Below, piece after piece: positions 1 through 8,130 of a stretch of 37,611 nt of DNA. Below the pieces are notes generated by a model. That model was not told where the DNA came from and ran no database searches. It saw only the letters and a list, made by a program, of their open reading frames with translations. Both the position numbers and the translations under genes were made by a program. Numbering within the stretch: position 1 is the first letter of the stretch; every line of letters begins with the position of its first letter. Source of the DNA: an uncultured Candidatus Saccharibacteria bacterium (GTDB taxonomy: Bacteria > Patescibacteriota > Saccharimonadia > Saccharimonadales > JAGQNJ01); NCBI GenBank assembly GCA_964617035.1, contig CAZTWB010000002.1, positions 1 through 37,611 of the forward strand, read 5' to 3'.

Positions 1-33
1 CTATGATATTGCACAAGGCGCAAATGACTAGTT

Positions 34-243
34 CTATACATATTGATTTTGGATAAACTGTGATAGTTTATCATGACGATTGCATGCAATCTCATTAAGC
101 TCGTCAAGGTTTGGTGGCCGCATGTCAGCCTCGAGGCTAGCATAGGTAACACAAACAACCCATATAGCCTCGGCTACATCACCCTGGCTAACACCAGCTT
201 GCTTACGCAATCGCTTGATATTGTCTACAAAATTAATAACCAA
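34..243 (-). CDS. XRE-family helix-turn-helix transcriptional regulator (69 aa)
   Basis: HTH_3-like pattern NIKRLRKQAGVSQGDVAEAI ... LDELNEIA. Small ORF next to the R-M operon at the window edge. Confidence 0.55.
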   Translation of the reverse strand: MVINFVDNIKRLRKQAGVSQGDVAEAIWVVCVTYASLEADMRPPNLDELNEIACNRHDKLSQFIQNQYV

Positions 244-343
244 AGTCCAGCGATTATGGTTGATACTAGTTCATTATAGTAAATTCTACGATTTTAATAA
301 ATTGTTATGCCTATAACCCTGACAACACTATTATATTTGCATA

Positions 344-2716
344 TCAGTTCCCGGCACTGGCGTACAGCTCTTTCTGTAGCTCAAGATAGTCATGAACTAT
401 CTCGTCGGGTTCACCGAGTTTTTCGGTAGCGTCCCGCAAAGTATGGTATTTCAAATTTACAAGACTTTTGAGTTTTTGCATACTTAGTTCTTTTTCGCCG
501 TCACGTTCATAAGTATCTAAGATGAATGAGATAAAGTCCCGCTCATTGTCATCGAGCTGCTCCAGATAATACTCTCGCACTATATCCGCTCGCTCGACTC
601 GTGTCATCGTGTCTTTTGCGTAGGCAATGTAGCGTAACACATCATAGATATCACTGTCTTCGGCATCAATTAGTTGCTTGAGAGCCTGCAACTTATCCTC
701 TTCAAATCCTCGCTGAGCAAGACCTATCAGCAAATTTTCTCGCGTACGCGGATCGGACCATTGCTTGCGCAGGTCGTCTTCGTCGGTAAAAAGTTGTGGC
801 AATTCGCCAAATAGTTTTTCTAGGAATTCACGCGGGCTTACAGGCTTGCCATCCATGTAGAATTTTGTATTGACAGTGTATTTGATCTCACGATTTTTGC
901 CATCCGCAAAACGAATGACGGTTTTCTGTGGCTTTTCATCCGTCGGCTCCATCGGTGAACCGCCATATGCTGGATTTGGTTCATTTACGACAGAGGTTAT
1001 GTCGACAGCTACTTCAGGTGGCTGATACACTACGTCAACATTTACATAAATCTCTTTTTTCTCGACTTCCTGTGGCTCACCGTCCCAAGCTGGATCTTCA
1101 AACTTGGCGTCATTGCCGTAAAAATCCACAATTGTAAAATAATCTTTATCGTCATACAGTCTAGTGCCACGCCCAACAATTTGCTTGAATTCCACCATGC
1201 TACCAACATTACGCATCAACACAATAAACCTCACGTTGCGAGCATCTACGCCAGTTGAAAGTTTGCGACTAGTCGTCACGATGGTCGGCACTTGCTTTTC
1301 GTTGTCACGAAAATCTTCCAGGTATTCGTCGCCAATCTTCCCTTCGGTCGCCGTCACACGCACGCAATAATTACGATGATCTCCCAGTGTACCAGCTGGC
1401 TTGTGCTGGTTGATATAATCGCGCACCATGGCCGCGTGTTTCTCATCGTTACAGAACACAATTGTCTTTTGGTTCGGATCAATTTGCTCAAACATTATCT
1501 GCACCAAACGCTCTTCGCGCTCAGGCAAGTAGATGGCGCGATTAAAATCACTTAGCGTGTATTCCTTAGTCTCATCTACCTCACCACTCTCAACATAATC
1601 CGCTGGATTAAATACATAACGATCCATTGTCGTCGTAATCCGCTTGACCTTAAAGGGTGTCAAAAAGCCATCTTCAATACCCTGTTTCAGTGAATAGCTG
1701 TATTTCGGCTCGCCAAAATAGTCATAAGTATCCACATTCAGGTCGCGTTTTGGTGTAGCTGTCAGCCCTAGATGAGTTGCGTCAGAAAAGTGATTCAGTA
1801 CCTCACGCCAGCTACTCTCATTACCCGCGCCACCGCGGTGACATTCATCGATAATCACGAGGTCGAAAAAATCTGCCGGATAGTCCATATAGTACGGCTT
1901 GTCTGGCTGGTCGTTCGGTTTGCCTGCTATCGCTTGGTAGATACTAAAGAAGATATTGCCATTGGTTGGGATCTTACCTTTTTTGCGAATCGCCTCGCCA
2001 TTGACACGCACAATCTCGCTCTCTAGCGGTTCGAAGTCACCCATCGCCTGCTCTATCAAGATATTACGGTCAGCGATAAAAAGTATGCGTGGTCGCCGCT
2101 CGTCACCACGCCTATTCCAGCGCGACTGAAATAGTTTCCAGGCAATCTGAAACGCGATCGTCGTCTTACCGGTACCGGTCGCCAGTGTCAGCAACACACG
2201 ATCTTCACCGCCAGATATTGCTCGCACCGCCGCATTGATAGCATTTTCCTGATAGTACCTAGGTCGACACCTACTAGTCTGATACGGCTCTATCAGCGCT
2301 TCGTATTGTTTGTGATCAACATCGTCAAACGTCATCACGAACAGGTCGTCTGGCGTATGGTAATTCTCTACAAACTCGCCACGCCCCGTTTTCATATCAA
2401 AAAAGTATATGCCATGGCCGTTAGTACTATACACATAACGAATATTGAGCGTCTCGGCATAGGCTTTCACCTGTTCTAGGCCATCGGTAACTTCTTTGCC
2501 CTCGGCCTTGGCTTCGACGATAGCCAGTTTTTGATTTTTGTACGCTAGCACGTAGTCGGCTTTTTTGCGTTTGCCACGTTGCCCAGCGCCAATCAAGCGA
2601 CCATCGGTAAACTCATACTCATCGATAATCTCCGAGCCGACCGTCTCGTTGCGCCCCCATTTGCTAGCTTTTAGCATCGGGTTGATCAGCTCTCGCCGTG
2701 TCGTCGCTTCGTTCAT
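344..2716 (-). CDS. hsdR: Type I restriction enzyme, R (endonuclease/translocase) subunit
   Basis: 790 aa. N-terminal PD-(D/E)xK nuclease (KADYVL...VEAKAEGK). SF2 helicase motif I LATGTGKT and motif II IIDECHRG. EcoEI-R-like helical C-terminus. Last gene of the hsdM-x-hsdS-hsdR operon, 12 nt after hsdS. Confidence 0.92.
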   Translation of the reverse strand: MNEATTRRELINPMLKASKWGRNETVGSEIIDEYEFTDGRLIGAGQRGKRKKADYVLAYKNQKLAIVEAKAEGKEVTDGLEQVKAYAETLNIRYVYSTNGHGIYFFDMKTGRGEFVENYHTPDDLFVMTFDDVDHKQYEALIEPYQTSRCRPRYYQENAINAAVRAISGGEDRVLLTLATGTGKTTIAFQIAWKLFQSRWNRRGDERRPRILFIADRNILIEQAMGDFEPLESEIVRVNGEAIRKKGKIPTNGNIFFSIYQAIAGKPNDQPDKPYYMDYPADFFDLVIIDECHRGGAGNESSWREVLNHFSDATHLGLTATPKRDLNVDTYDYFGEPKYSYSLKQGIEDGFLTPFKVKRITTTMDRYVFNPADYVESGEVDETKEYTLSDFNRAIYLPEREERLVQIMFEQIDPNQKTIVFCNDEKHAAMVRDYINQHKPAGTLGDHRNYCVRVTATEGKIGDEYLEDFRDNEKQVPTIVTTSRKLSTGVDARNVRFIVLMRNVGSMVEFKQIVGRGTRLYDDKDYFTIVDFYGNDAKFEDPAWDGEPQEVEKKEIYVNVDVVYQPPEVAVDITSVVNEPNPAYGGSPMEPTDEKPQKTVIRFADGKNREIKYTVNTKFYMDGKPVSPREFLEKLFGELPQLFTDEDDLRKQWSDPRTRENLLIGLAQRGFEEDKLQALKQLIDAEDSDIYDVLRYIAYAKDTMTRVERADIVREYYLEQLDDNERDFISFILDTYERDGEKELSMQKLKSLVNLKYHTLRDATEKLGEPDEIVHDYLELQKELYASAGN

Positions 2717-2728
2717 AATTACTTATGA

Positions 2729-3940
2729 TTATACCTTATTTTGTGCTGAAAAGGCTTGAGATAGGAGTGATTGGCGTAAGACGGTGAGTTTGGTGAGCTT
2801 CTTGAGATATGATTCTTCGATTTCACGAACCTTATCCAAAGCCTCATCCAACTTTGTCACCATTGTCCTTTGCTCCTCTATACTTGGAACCTCAATTTTT
2901 ATATTTTTAATTCTAGCCAACGCAAGTTTTGGTTGAGCGGATTGTTTCACTTCGGCTAGCGCCTGAGATTTAAACAATTCTGATTTAGTAAAATAATAAA
3001 GATAGTGTGTGTCAATTACCTCTGATGGTACAAGGCGACAAGCATTTTCAGTCAAGTTTGCACCATCAAGCTCATCTGGAACAATACCCGTTACGCCAAT
3101 AGTACCTGCGATACTTAAGAATACATCAGTTTTATTTATTATGTACCTTGATATTTGCGTATGAATTTTCTCCGAGATATATTTTATACCCTTCATATCG
3201 ACACTACCCCTGCCGTCAAAGTCTGTAACCCGTATATATCGATAGGGTGTTGGCGTGTCCGTAAGCATCTCGCCTTTTGGTATTCGCTTTCCGCCCAACA
3301 CAGCACATATATCGCCTAATTGGTGTGTGTGTGTGCTATCTGAACCGATCAAATACTTATGCAAAATACTCCTCTGCAACGCCGCCACATTGTCCAAATT
3401 CTGCCTCATCAAAACCTCCACTGCCGAAATCTTGTCAAACGCCGCATCCAGCTTCTCAACAATCCTCCGCTGCTCCGATATGTTACACCAAGGAACGTCG
3501 AGATGTTTTAGACCAGTGTTTGATATGTGAATAATCCCAGTAGTTCCAGTTATGTAGGGTATTAATTGTCTACGAGCATCCTTTGTTTCAAAGAAATAAG
3601 CCAGATACTCTGGATAAAATAAATCTTCAGAAACACGCATTATGTTGATATCGCCACTTATAAGTACGCCGTCAGACTGTATAACCCGCGCTCTCACCAT
3701 TTCCGACTTAGCTGCTGTCGAAGTCCCTGGAACTAGTATGTCGCCCGACCTTGACACGGTGCCGCTTGTACTATTTGTAGTTGATAAATCGTCGTCCAAT
3801 ATCCTAATTGACTTGTACTTAGTGAACAACTCGCCGTACAAAACACAATTATTATTACCGCCTTCGATGAGATCAGACTTTCTAAGACCATTCCCACGCC
3901 TCCATTCTATATTCAAATCACCAAGTTTTACAGTTTTCAT
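2729..3940 (-). CDS. hsdS: Type I restriction enzyme, S (specificity) subunit
   Basis: Two target-recognition domains. Each is followed by a conserved helix (EQRRIVEKLDAAFDKI and EEQRTMVTKLDEALDKV). The ORF opens at 4018, but the ATG at 3940 is preceded by GGAGGAGG. Confidence 0.87.
   Translation of the reverse strand: MKTVKLGDLNIEWRRGNGLRKSDLIEGGNNNCVLYGELFTKYKSIRILDDDLSTTNSTSGTVSRSGDILVPGTSTAAKSEMVRARVIQSDGVLISGDINIMRVSEDLFYPEYLAYFFETKDARRQLIPYITGTTGIIHISNTGLKHLDVPWCNISEQRRIVEKLDAAFDKISAVEVLMRQNLDNVAALQRSILHKYLIGSDSTHTHQLGDICAVLGGKRIPKGEMLTDTPTPYRYIRVTDFDGRGSVDMKGIKYISEKIHTQISRYIINKTDVFLSIAGTIGVTGIVPDELDGANLTENACRLVPSEVIDTHYLYYFTKSELFKSQALAEVKQSAQPKLALARIKNIKIEVPSIEEQRTMVTKLDEALDKVREIEESYLKKLTKLTVLRQSLLSQAFSAQNKV
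3323..3335. repeat. (GT)6G / (CA)6 dinucleotide tract inside hsdS
   Basis: gtgtgtgtgtgtg on the plus strand. It encodes S-T-H-T-H-Q at the junction of the central conserved helix and TRD2. Confidence 0.9.
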
Positions 3941-4004
3941 TTTTCCTCCTCCCAGATCTCTGGTATTTTCAGTTGGTTCATTCTTTGCCGAATTCCTCTC
4001 AGCG

Positions 4005-4841
4005 TCATATCGAGCCATCGTAATCTTCTTTTAGTCTCTCGTCTCTTAAGCGTTTAATGACGTTGTAGTCAAATTTCTGAAATGGATCGGGGTTCGTAGA
4101 GAGTTCTCGCCAATCAAAATCATACCTATTCTCCGCGGGGATTGAGCGAGGTACGGCAACCCGAAAATACCCACCTATTGCAGCGTCGTAACCATCATTA
4201 TAGCCTGAGTTAACCTGTAATACCTCGGGTGATTGTGAAAAATCTTCAAAAAGATACTGAGAAGTAATTAGTGCTGTTAGTCCACAAAAAGCATCTATCA
4301 GATTCTCGAAATTTGCTAAATGCAAAGAATTTGCTCGATCGTGCTTAATAGAGTTATAAGACTGATACCAAGAAAGCCTCCAGGGCTTTTTCGGGTCAGT
4401 CGGCTCACTCCAGCACTTAAATGGCTGACGGCTTGCTATCATTGAATTGCCCGACCAATATGGAAGTTTTACGTCATACCAGGACAAATAATGAGATGTA
4501 TTGATTAAGTAATAATCCTTAATTGATAGGCTCTCTCCTTGGGAAAACCTATCATATGAATTAAGAGAAAAAATTGCTTTAAAGTTCGCCTCGATTTCAA
4601 TACAAGTACGAACAAGAAGCTCCTGTATTCTGAATGAGAATGCTTTCAAAGCTTCATCCGAAGGCTCAATATACTTAAACAAGTTAATAATATCTTCGTG
4701 AATAAGCAGGTAGCTTCTAATATAGTTTGAAGGCATATGACTAAATTTATGATGTCGAATATATTGCCATCGTCCACCCTCAGAATATTCGCCATCGGCA
4801 AACTGTCTCACAGTCAACGGGTATGGTTTGCCTACTGACAT
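4005..4841 (-). CDS. Uncharacterised 278-aa protein embedded in the type I R-M operon; candidate HEPN-like (Rx4H) effector
   Basis: Clean ORF filling the hsdM-hsdS gap (10 nt after the hsdM stop). R-x4-H motif in KHDRANSLH (R169-H174, nt 4320-4337). Predicted helical context (RIQELLVRTCIEIEANFKAIF). The family assignment is tentative. Confidence 0.45.
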   Translation of the reverse strand: MSVGKPYPLTVRQFADGEYSEGGRWQYIRHHKFSHMPSNYIRSYLLIHEDIINLFKYIEPSDEALKAFSFRIQELLVRTCIEIEANFKAIFSLNSYDRFSQGESLSIKDYYLINTSHYLSWYDVKLPYWSGNSMIASRQPFKCWSEPTDPKKPWRLSWYQSYNSIKHDRANSLHLANFENLIDAFCGLTALITSQYLFEDFSQSPEVLQVNSGYNDGYDAAIGGYFRVAVPRSIPAENRYDFDWRELSTNPDPFQKFDYNVIKRLRDERLKEDYDGSI

Positions 4842-4851
4842 ACTACACCTA

Positions 4852-6312
4852 TCATAGTCTTATATTCTCCAAAATCTCCGCCACTTCCTTATCAATCGCC
4901 TTGATATCCTCCAAGATCTCCTCTGGCGCTTTCAATTCCTCTGCCTCTGGCTCGTGTGGGTTTTTGACACCAAGGTCGAGGGTGGACTTATCGATGTCGT
5001 CGATATTGACTGTCCATGAGTTTTCGCTGGTTTCACGAGTTTTGTATTTGGCTAGGAAGTCCGCAAAGTCGCCGATATTGAGTGGGTTGGTCTTGCCAAG
5101 GTTGTGGCCAGGATCTAGCTGATAATACCAGATGTCGCGTGTCGGTTCGCCTTTGCGGAAGAAAAGCACCACTGTCTTGACTCCCGTAGAACCAGTAGCG
5201 CTAAACACACCGCCCGGCAGGTCGAGGATGGTATGTAGGTTACAGCCCTCAACCAACTCACGACGGATATTGCCAGTTGCGCCAGTCGGCTCGTTGGTTA
5301 GGAAAGTGTTTTTGATAACGATAGCAGCTTCGCCACCAGTCCGAAGCTTTTTCATAAAGTGTTGCATGAACAGATTGGCAGTTTCACGCGACTGGATTTT
5401 GAAATTGCGCTGCACCTCTGGACGCTCACTACCCCCAAAAGGCGGATTTGCTAGTATGTAGTCGTAGCGATCTTTTTCTTCGATAGCGCGCGTATCTTCG
5501 TTTAGCGTGTTGCCGTGCACCATGTTTGGGGATTCGATACCGTGCAAGATCATGTTCATCGTACCGAGTAGGTACGGCTCTGGCTTTTTGTTTTTGCCAT
5601 AAAATGTATCATCTTTGAGTGCTTTGAGTTCGCTAGATGTTGTAACCTTTTGGCGCAGATAGGCATATGCTTCGGTCAAAAATCCAGCCGAACCAGCCGC
5701 TCCGTCGTAAATTGTCTTGAAAATCTGCGGGTCGACCACTTGTACCATCGCCTGAATCAGCGGACGCGGCGTGTAATACTCACCACTGCGCCCGGCGCCG
5801 CCCATGAGCTTCAAGCGGTCTTCGTACAGCGCGGATAGCTGATCGAGCTCGTCCTGAGTCTGAAATTGTAGTTTATCGATGATGTCTATAACATCGCGCA
5901 AGTTGCGACCGCTATTAATCTTGTTGTTTACCTCGCCAAATATCTCACCAATCTTGTAGATGAGTGACTTCGGATTATTTTCGGTATTTTTGAACGATTT
6001 GAGATACGGAAACAGCTCCTGATTGACGAATTCTATCAAATCTTTGCCGGTGCGCTGCGCGCTTAAGTCAGGCTCTCCATCTGGTAATTTGGGTGCTGCC
6101 CAGTTGTCCCACTGAAACTCGTCTTTAAACAGGGGCTCGTACGTTTCACCGTGGAACACCGCCTCGGCCTTGCGTGTTTCTTCCAAATCATCGAGATACT
6201 TGAGAAACAAAATCCACGACATCTGCGCCATATAGTCTCCAGCACCGTTTGTGCCTGAATCTTCTAGCAAAATGTTGTCTATTCGTTTAAATTCTGTGCG
6301 TATATCGGCCAT
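4852..6312 (-). CDS. hsdM: Type I restriction enzyme, M (N6-adenine DNA methyltransferase) subunit
   Basis: HsdM N-terminal domain. SAM-binding motif DGAAGSAGFL. Catalytic NPPF motif (LANPPFGG). Confidence 0.93.
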   Translation of the reverse strand: MADIRTEFKRIDNILLEDSGTNGAGDYMAQMSWILFLKYLDDLEETRKAEAVFHGETYEPLFKDEFQWDNWAAPKLPDGEPDLSAQRTGKDLIEFVNQELFPYLKSFKNTENNPKSLIYKIGEIFGEVNNKINSGRNLRDVIDIIDKLQFQTQDELDQLSALYEDRLKLMGGAGRSGEYYTPRPLIQAMVQVVDPQIFKTIYDGAAGSAGFLTEAYAYLRQKVTTSSELKALKDDTFYGKNKKPEPYLLGTMNMILHGIESPNMVHGNTLNEDTRAIEEKDRYDYILANPPFGGSERPEVQRNFKIQSRETANLFMQHFMKKLRTGGEAAIVIKNTFLTNEPTGATGNIRRELVEGCNLHTILDLPGGVFSATGSTGVKTVVLFFRKGEPTRDIWYYQLDPGHNLGKTNPLNIGDFADFLAKYKTRETSENSWTVNIDDIDKSTLDLGVKNPHEPEAEELKAPEEILEDIKAIDKEVAEILENIRL

Positions 6313-6438
6313 GTTTATTTCCCCTCATTGACATTATTGACAAAATTTGATACTGTTGAATAGTAGATGGAATGCGTGGGTTGATCTTCGATGATCATTG
6401 CACCCAAAGCACCATCTATTTTTGTTTGCCAGTTGTAT

Positions 6439-7221
6439 TTACTTCGCATGAAATTCCTCGATACTAAAGCGCAGTCCACCTGGCTTTTTTATTTTTTGCG
6501 ATTCGGACAAACGATCGGTATCTAGCTTTTTCTGCAGGTATTTCACCATCTCAAGCTTTGCTCCCTTGCCCTTGACCATACCAAACTTAACCTTGAACGC
6601 ATACGCGACAATACCAAGCAGCACATCCGTCATCTGAATTTCCGTGATAGCATGCGACTCCAGACGAGCCACGCCAAACACCGCATTGCGACGGAGGCGC
6701 ATCTTCACCTTTTCTTTGACAACTTTTTCGAAACGGTCATTTTTACTCGTCGAAACATCGTCCGCAAGCAAAACTATGTAGTTGCTACCCTTGCTTGATT
6801 CATCTTCAAGAGCGTCAGCAACAAGTTTTGCAACATACACACCATACGCCTTTTCGTAGTTACCACCGAAGTATTTCGTTAGGTCTAATTGTTTTTTGTC
6901 AAAAAGCAAACTCGAAAAACTAACATGTTGAGAATCAAAAAATATATCGATCAGACCTTTGTATATCGGAAGGTTTTCTTTGCGAATATCGGTAGATTTA
7001 AACTCTTTGTAGAACTTTCGTTTATTGCGAAAATTAATGATATCGCGGTGTAGTTTCTTGGGGTTGTGACAAATTGTCAGACCGAGACCGAATACCTTGT
7101 CGGTCGATGGCGAATGCAAAAGTCCTGTTTCGTCTAGATAGCCGAAAAGGTTGATTCGTGGCTTTGGTCCTGTCCCCTTTTCCATACAATTATTGTAGCA
7201 ATGATATGCAATAATTGCCAA
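6439..7221 (-). CDS. DUF3800-family protein
   Basis: N-terminal YLDETG motif and distal QxxD motif (IQMTDVLLG), typical of DUF3800. The likely true start is the ATG at 7185 (MEKGTG...). Confidence 0.7.
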   Translation of the reverse strand: MAIIAYHCYNNCMEKGTGPKPRINLFGYLDETGLLHSPSTDKVFGLGLTICHNPKKLHRDIINFRNKRKFYKEFKSTDIRKENLPIYKGLIDIFFDSQHVSFSSLLFDKKQLDLTKYFGGNYEKAYGVYVAKLVADALEDESSKGSNYIVLLADDVSTSKNDRFEKVVKEKVKMRLRRNAVFGVARLESHAITEIQMTDVLLGIVAYAFKVKFGMVKGKGAKLEMVKYLQKKLDTDRLSESQKIKKPGGLRFSIEEFHAK

Positions 7222-7295
7222 GGCTTACTCGAGGTAGGAGGCAGGACTTTGCGTTAAAATTACGTCGAATTAATCACTTTTAACGTAAAGTTGTA

Positions 7296-7937
7296 TCAAA
7301 TTTGCGCGAAACTGGTTTTTGTAATCAATATATGGTCGATGAGAGCAATACCTAACAGTTCGCCAGCATCTCTTAGGCGTTCGGTAACTGCTCTATCAGC
7401 GTCACTCGGTTGTAGATTTCCGCTGGGGTGGTTATGAGCCACGATAATGCTAGCGGCGCGGTCAGTGATGGTCTCGGCAAAGACTTCGCGTGGGTGGACT
7501 AGGCTGGCGGTGAGCGTGCCTATACTAATGACTCGTTTGGTGATTAGCCGATTAGCGCCATCGAGCGTCAGGCAAACGAAGTATTCTTGCTGTTTGTCGC
7601 GGATGTCGGCTAGCTGTTCTACTGCCTTTTCGGGGCTGTCGATAATTGGGCGCTCGCTCACCTGGAATTGCCGACTCCATAGTTCAAACCCCGCCATAAT
7701 CTGTGTTGCTTTGGCCGGGCCAAGACTTTTGACTGCTAGCAAATCTTCGTAAGTCAGCTCACTGCTCTTTTCTTTTAGTAATTTTTGGACATCACGGGCG
7801 ATTTTGGTCACATCGGCTTGCTTGTTGCCACTGCCGATAATAGCCATTAGGAGTTCGTAGTCGCTTAGGCTCTTTGAGCCTTTTGCTTGTAGCTTCTCTC
7901 TAGGTCGCAAATCTTTGCGCTGGTCGGTTATCTTCAT
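7296..7937 (-). CDS. radC: RadC-family JAB/MPN-domain protein
   Basis: N-terminal helix-hairpin-helix region (LSDYELLMAIIGSG), JAB metalloprotease signature HNHPSG, and downstream SDAD. Confidence 0.85.
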   Translation of the reverse strand: MKITDQRKDLRPREKLQAKGSKSLSDYELLMAIIGSGNKQADVTKIARDVQKLLKEKSSELTYEDLLAVKSLGPAKATQIMAGFELWSRQFQVSERPIIDSPEKAVEQLADIRDKQQEYFVCLTLDGANRLITKRVISIGTLTASLVHPREVFAETITDRAASIIVAHNHPSGNLQPSDADRAVTERLRDAGELLGIALIDHILITKTSFAQI

Positions 7938-8130
7938 TGTTTTTGATTATAGCCATCGAACCGCAATAAACATAAAGCCTGTGCTAAATTAATTGTATTT
8001 GATAAGACACTAATATTCGGGGAGTTCAAATTCTTCTTTTGGTGGTTTACCAGTTGGGTATGGTAGGTCAAAAGCTTTGATAAATAGAGGAATATATTGA
8101 TTTTTCTATAACGCGGAGTGCTAGTATTAT

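Noticed and set aside
928-2026. Several 60-90-aa plus-strand ORFs inside hsdR (928-1137, 1164-1370, 1292-1555, 1772-2026), and similar antisense ORFs inside hsdS, hsdM, radC, the AlaRS-like genes, cydA and others
   Set aside because: They are fully embedded antisense to long, motif-supported genes and have low-complexity or Cys/Arg-rich translations typical of shadow ORFs.
7222-7295. Inverted repeat CGTTAAAA-N19-TTTTAACG between radC and the DUF3800 gene as a riboswitch or sRNA
   Set aside because: It has only an 8-bp AT-rich stem with a large loop and no flanking conservation. At most it is a weak terminator or attenuator, so it is not reported as a feature.
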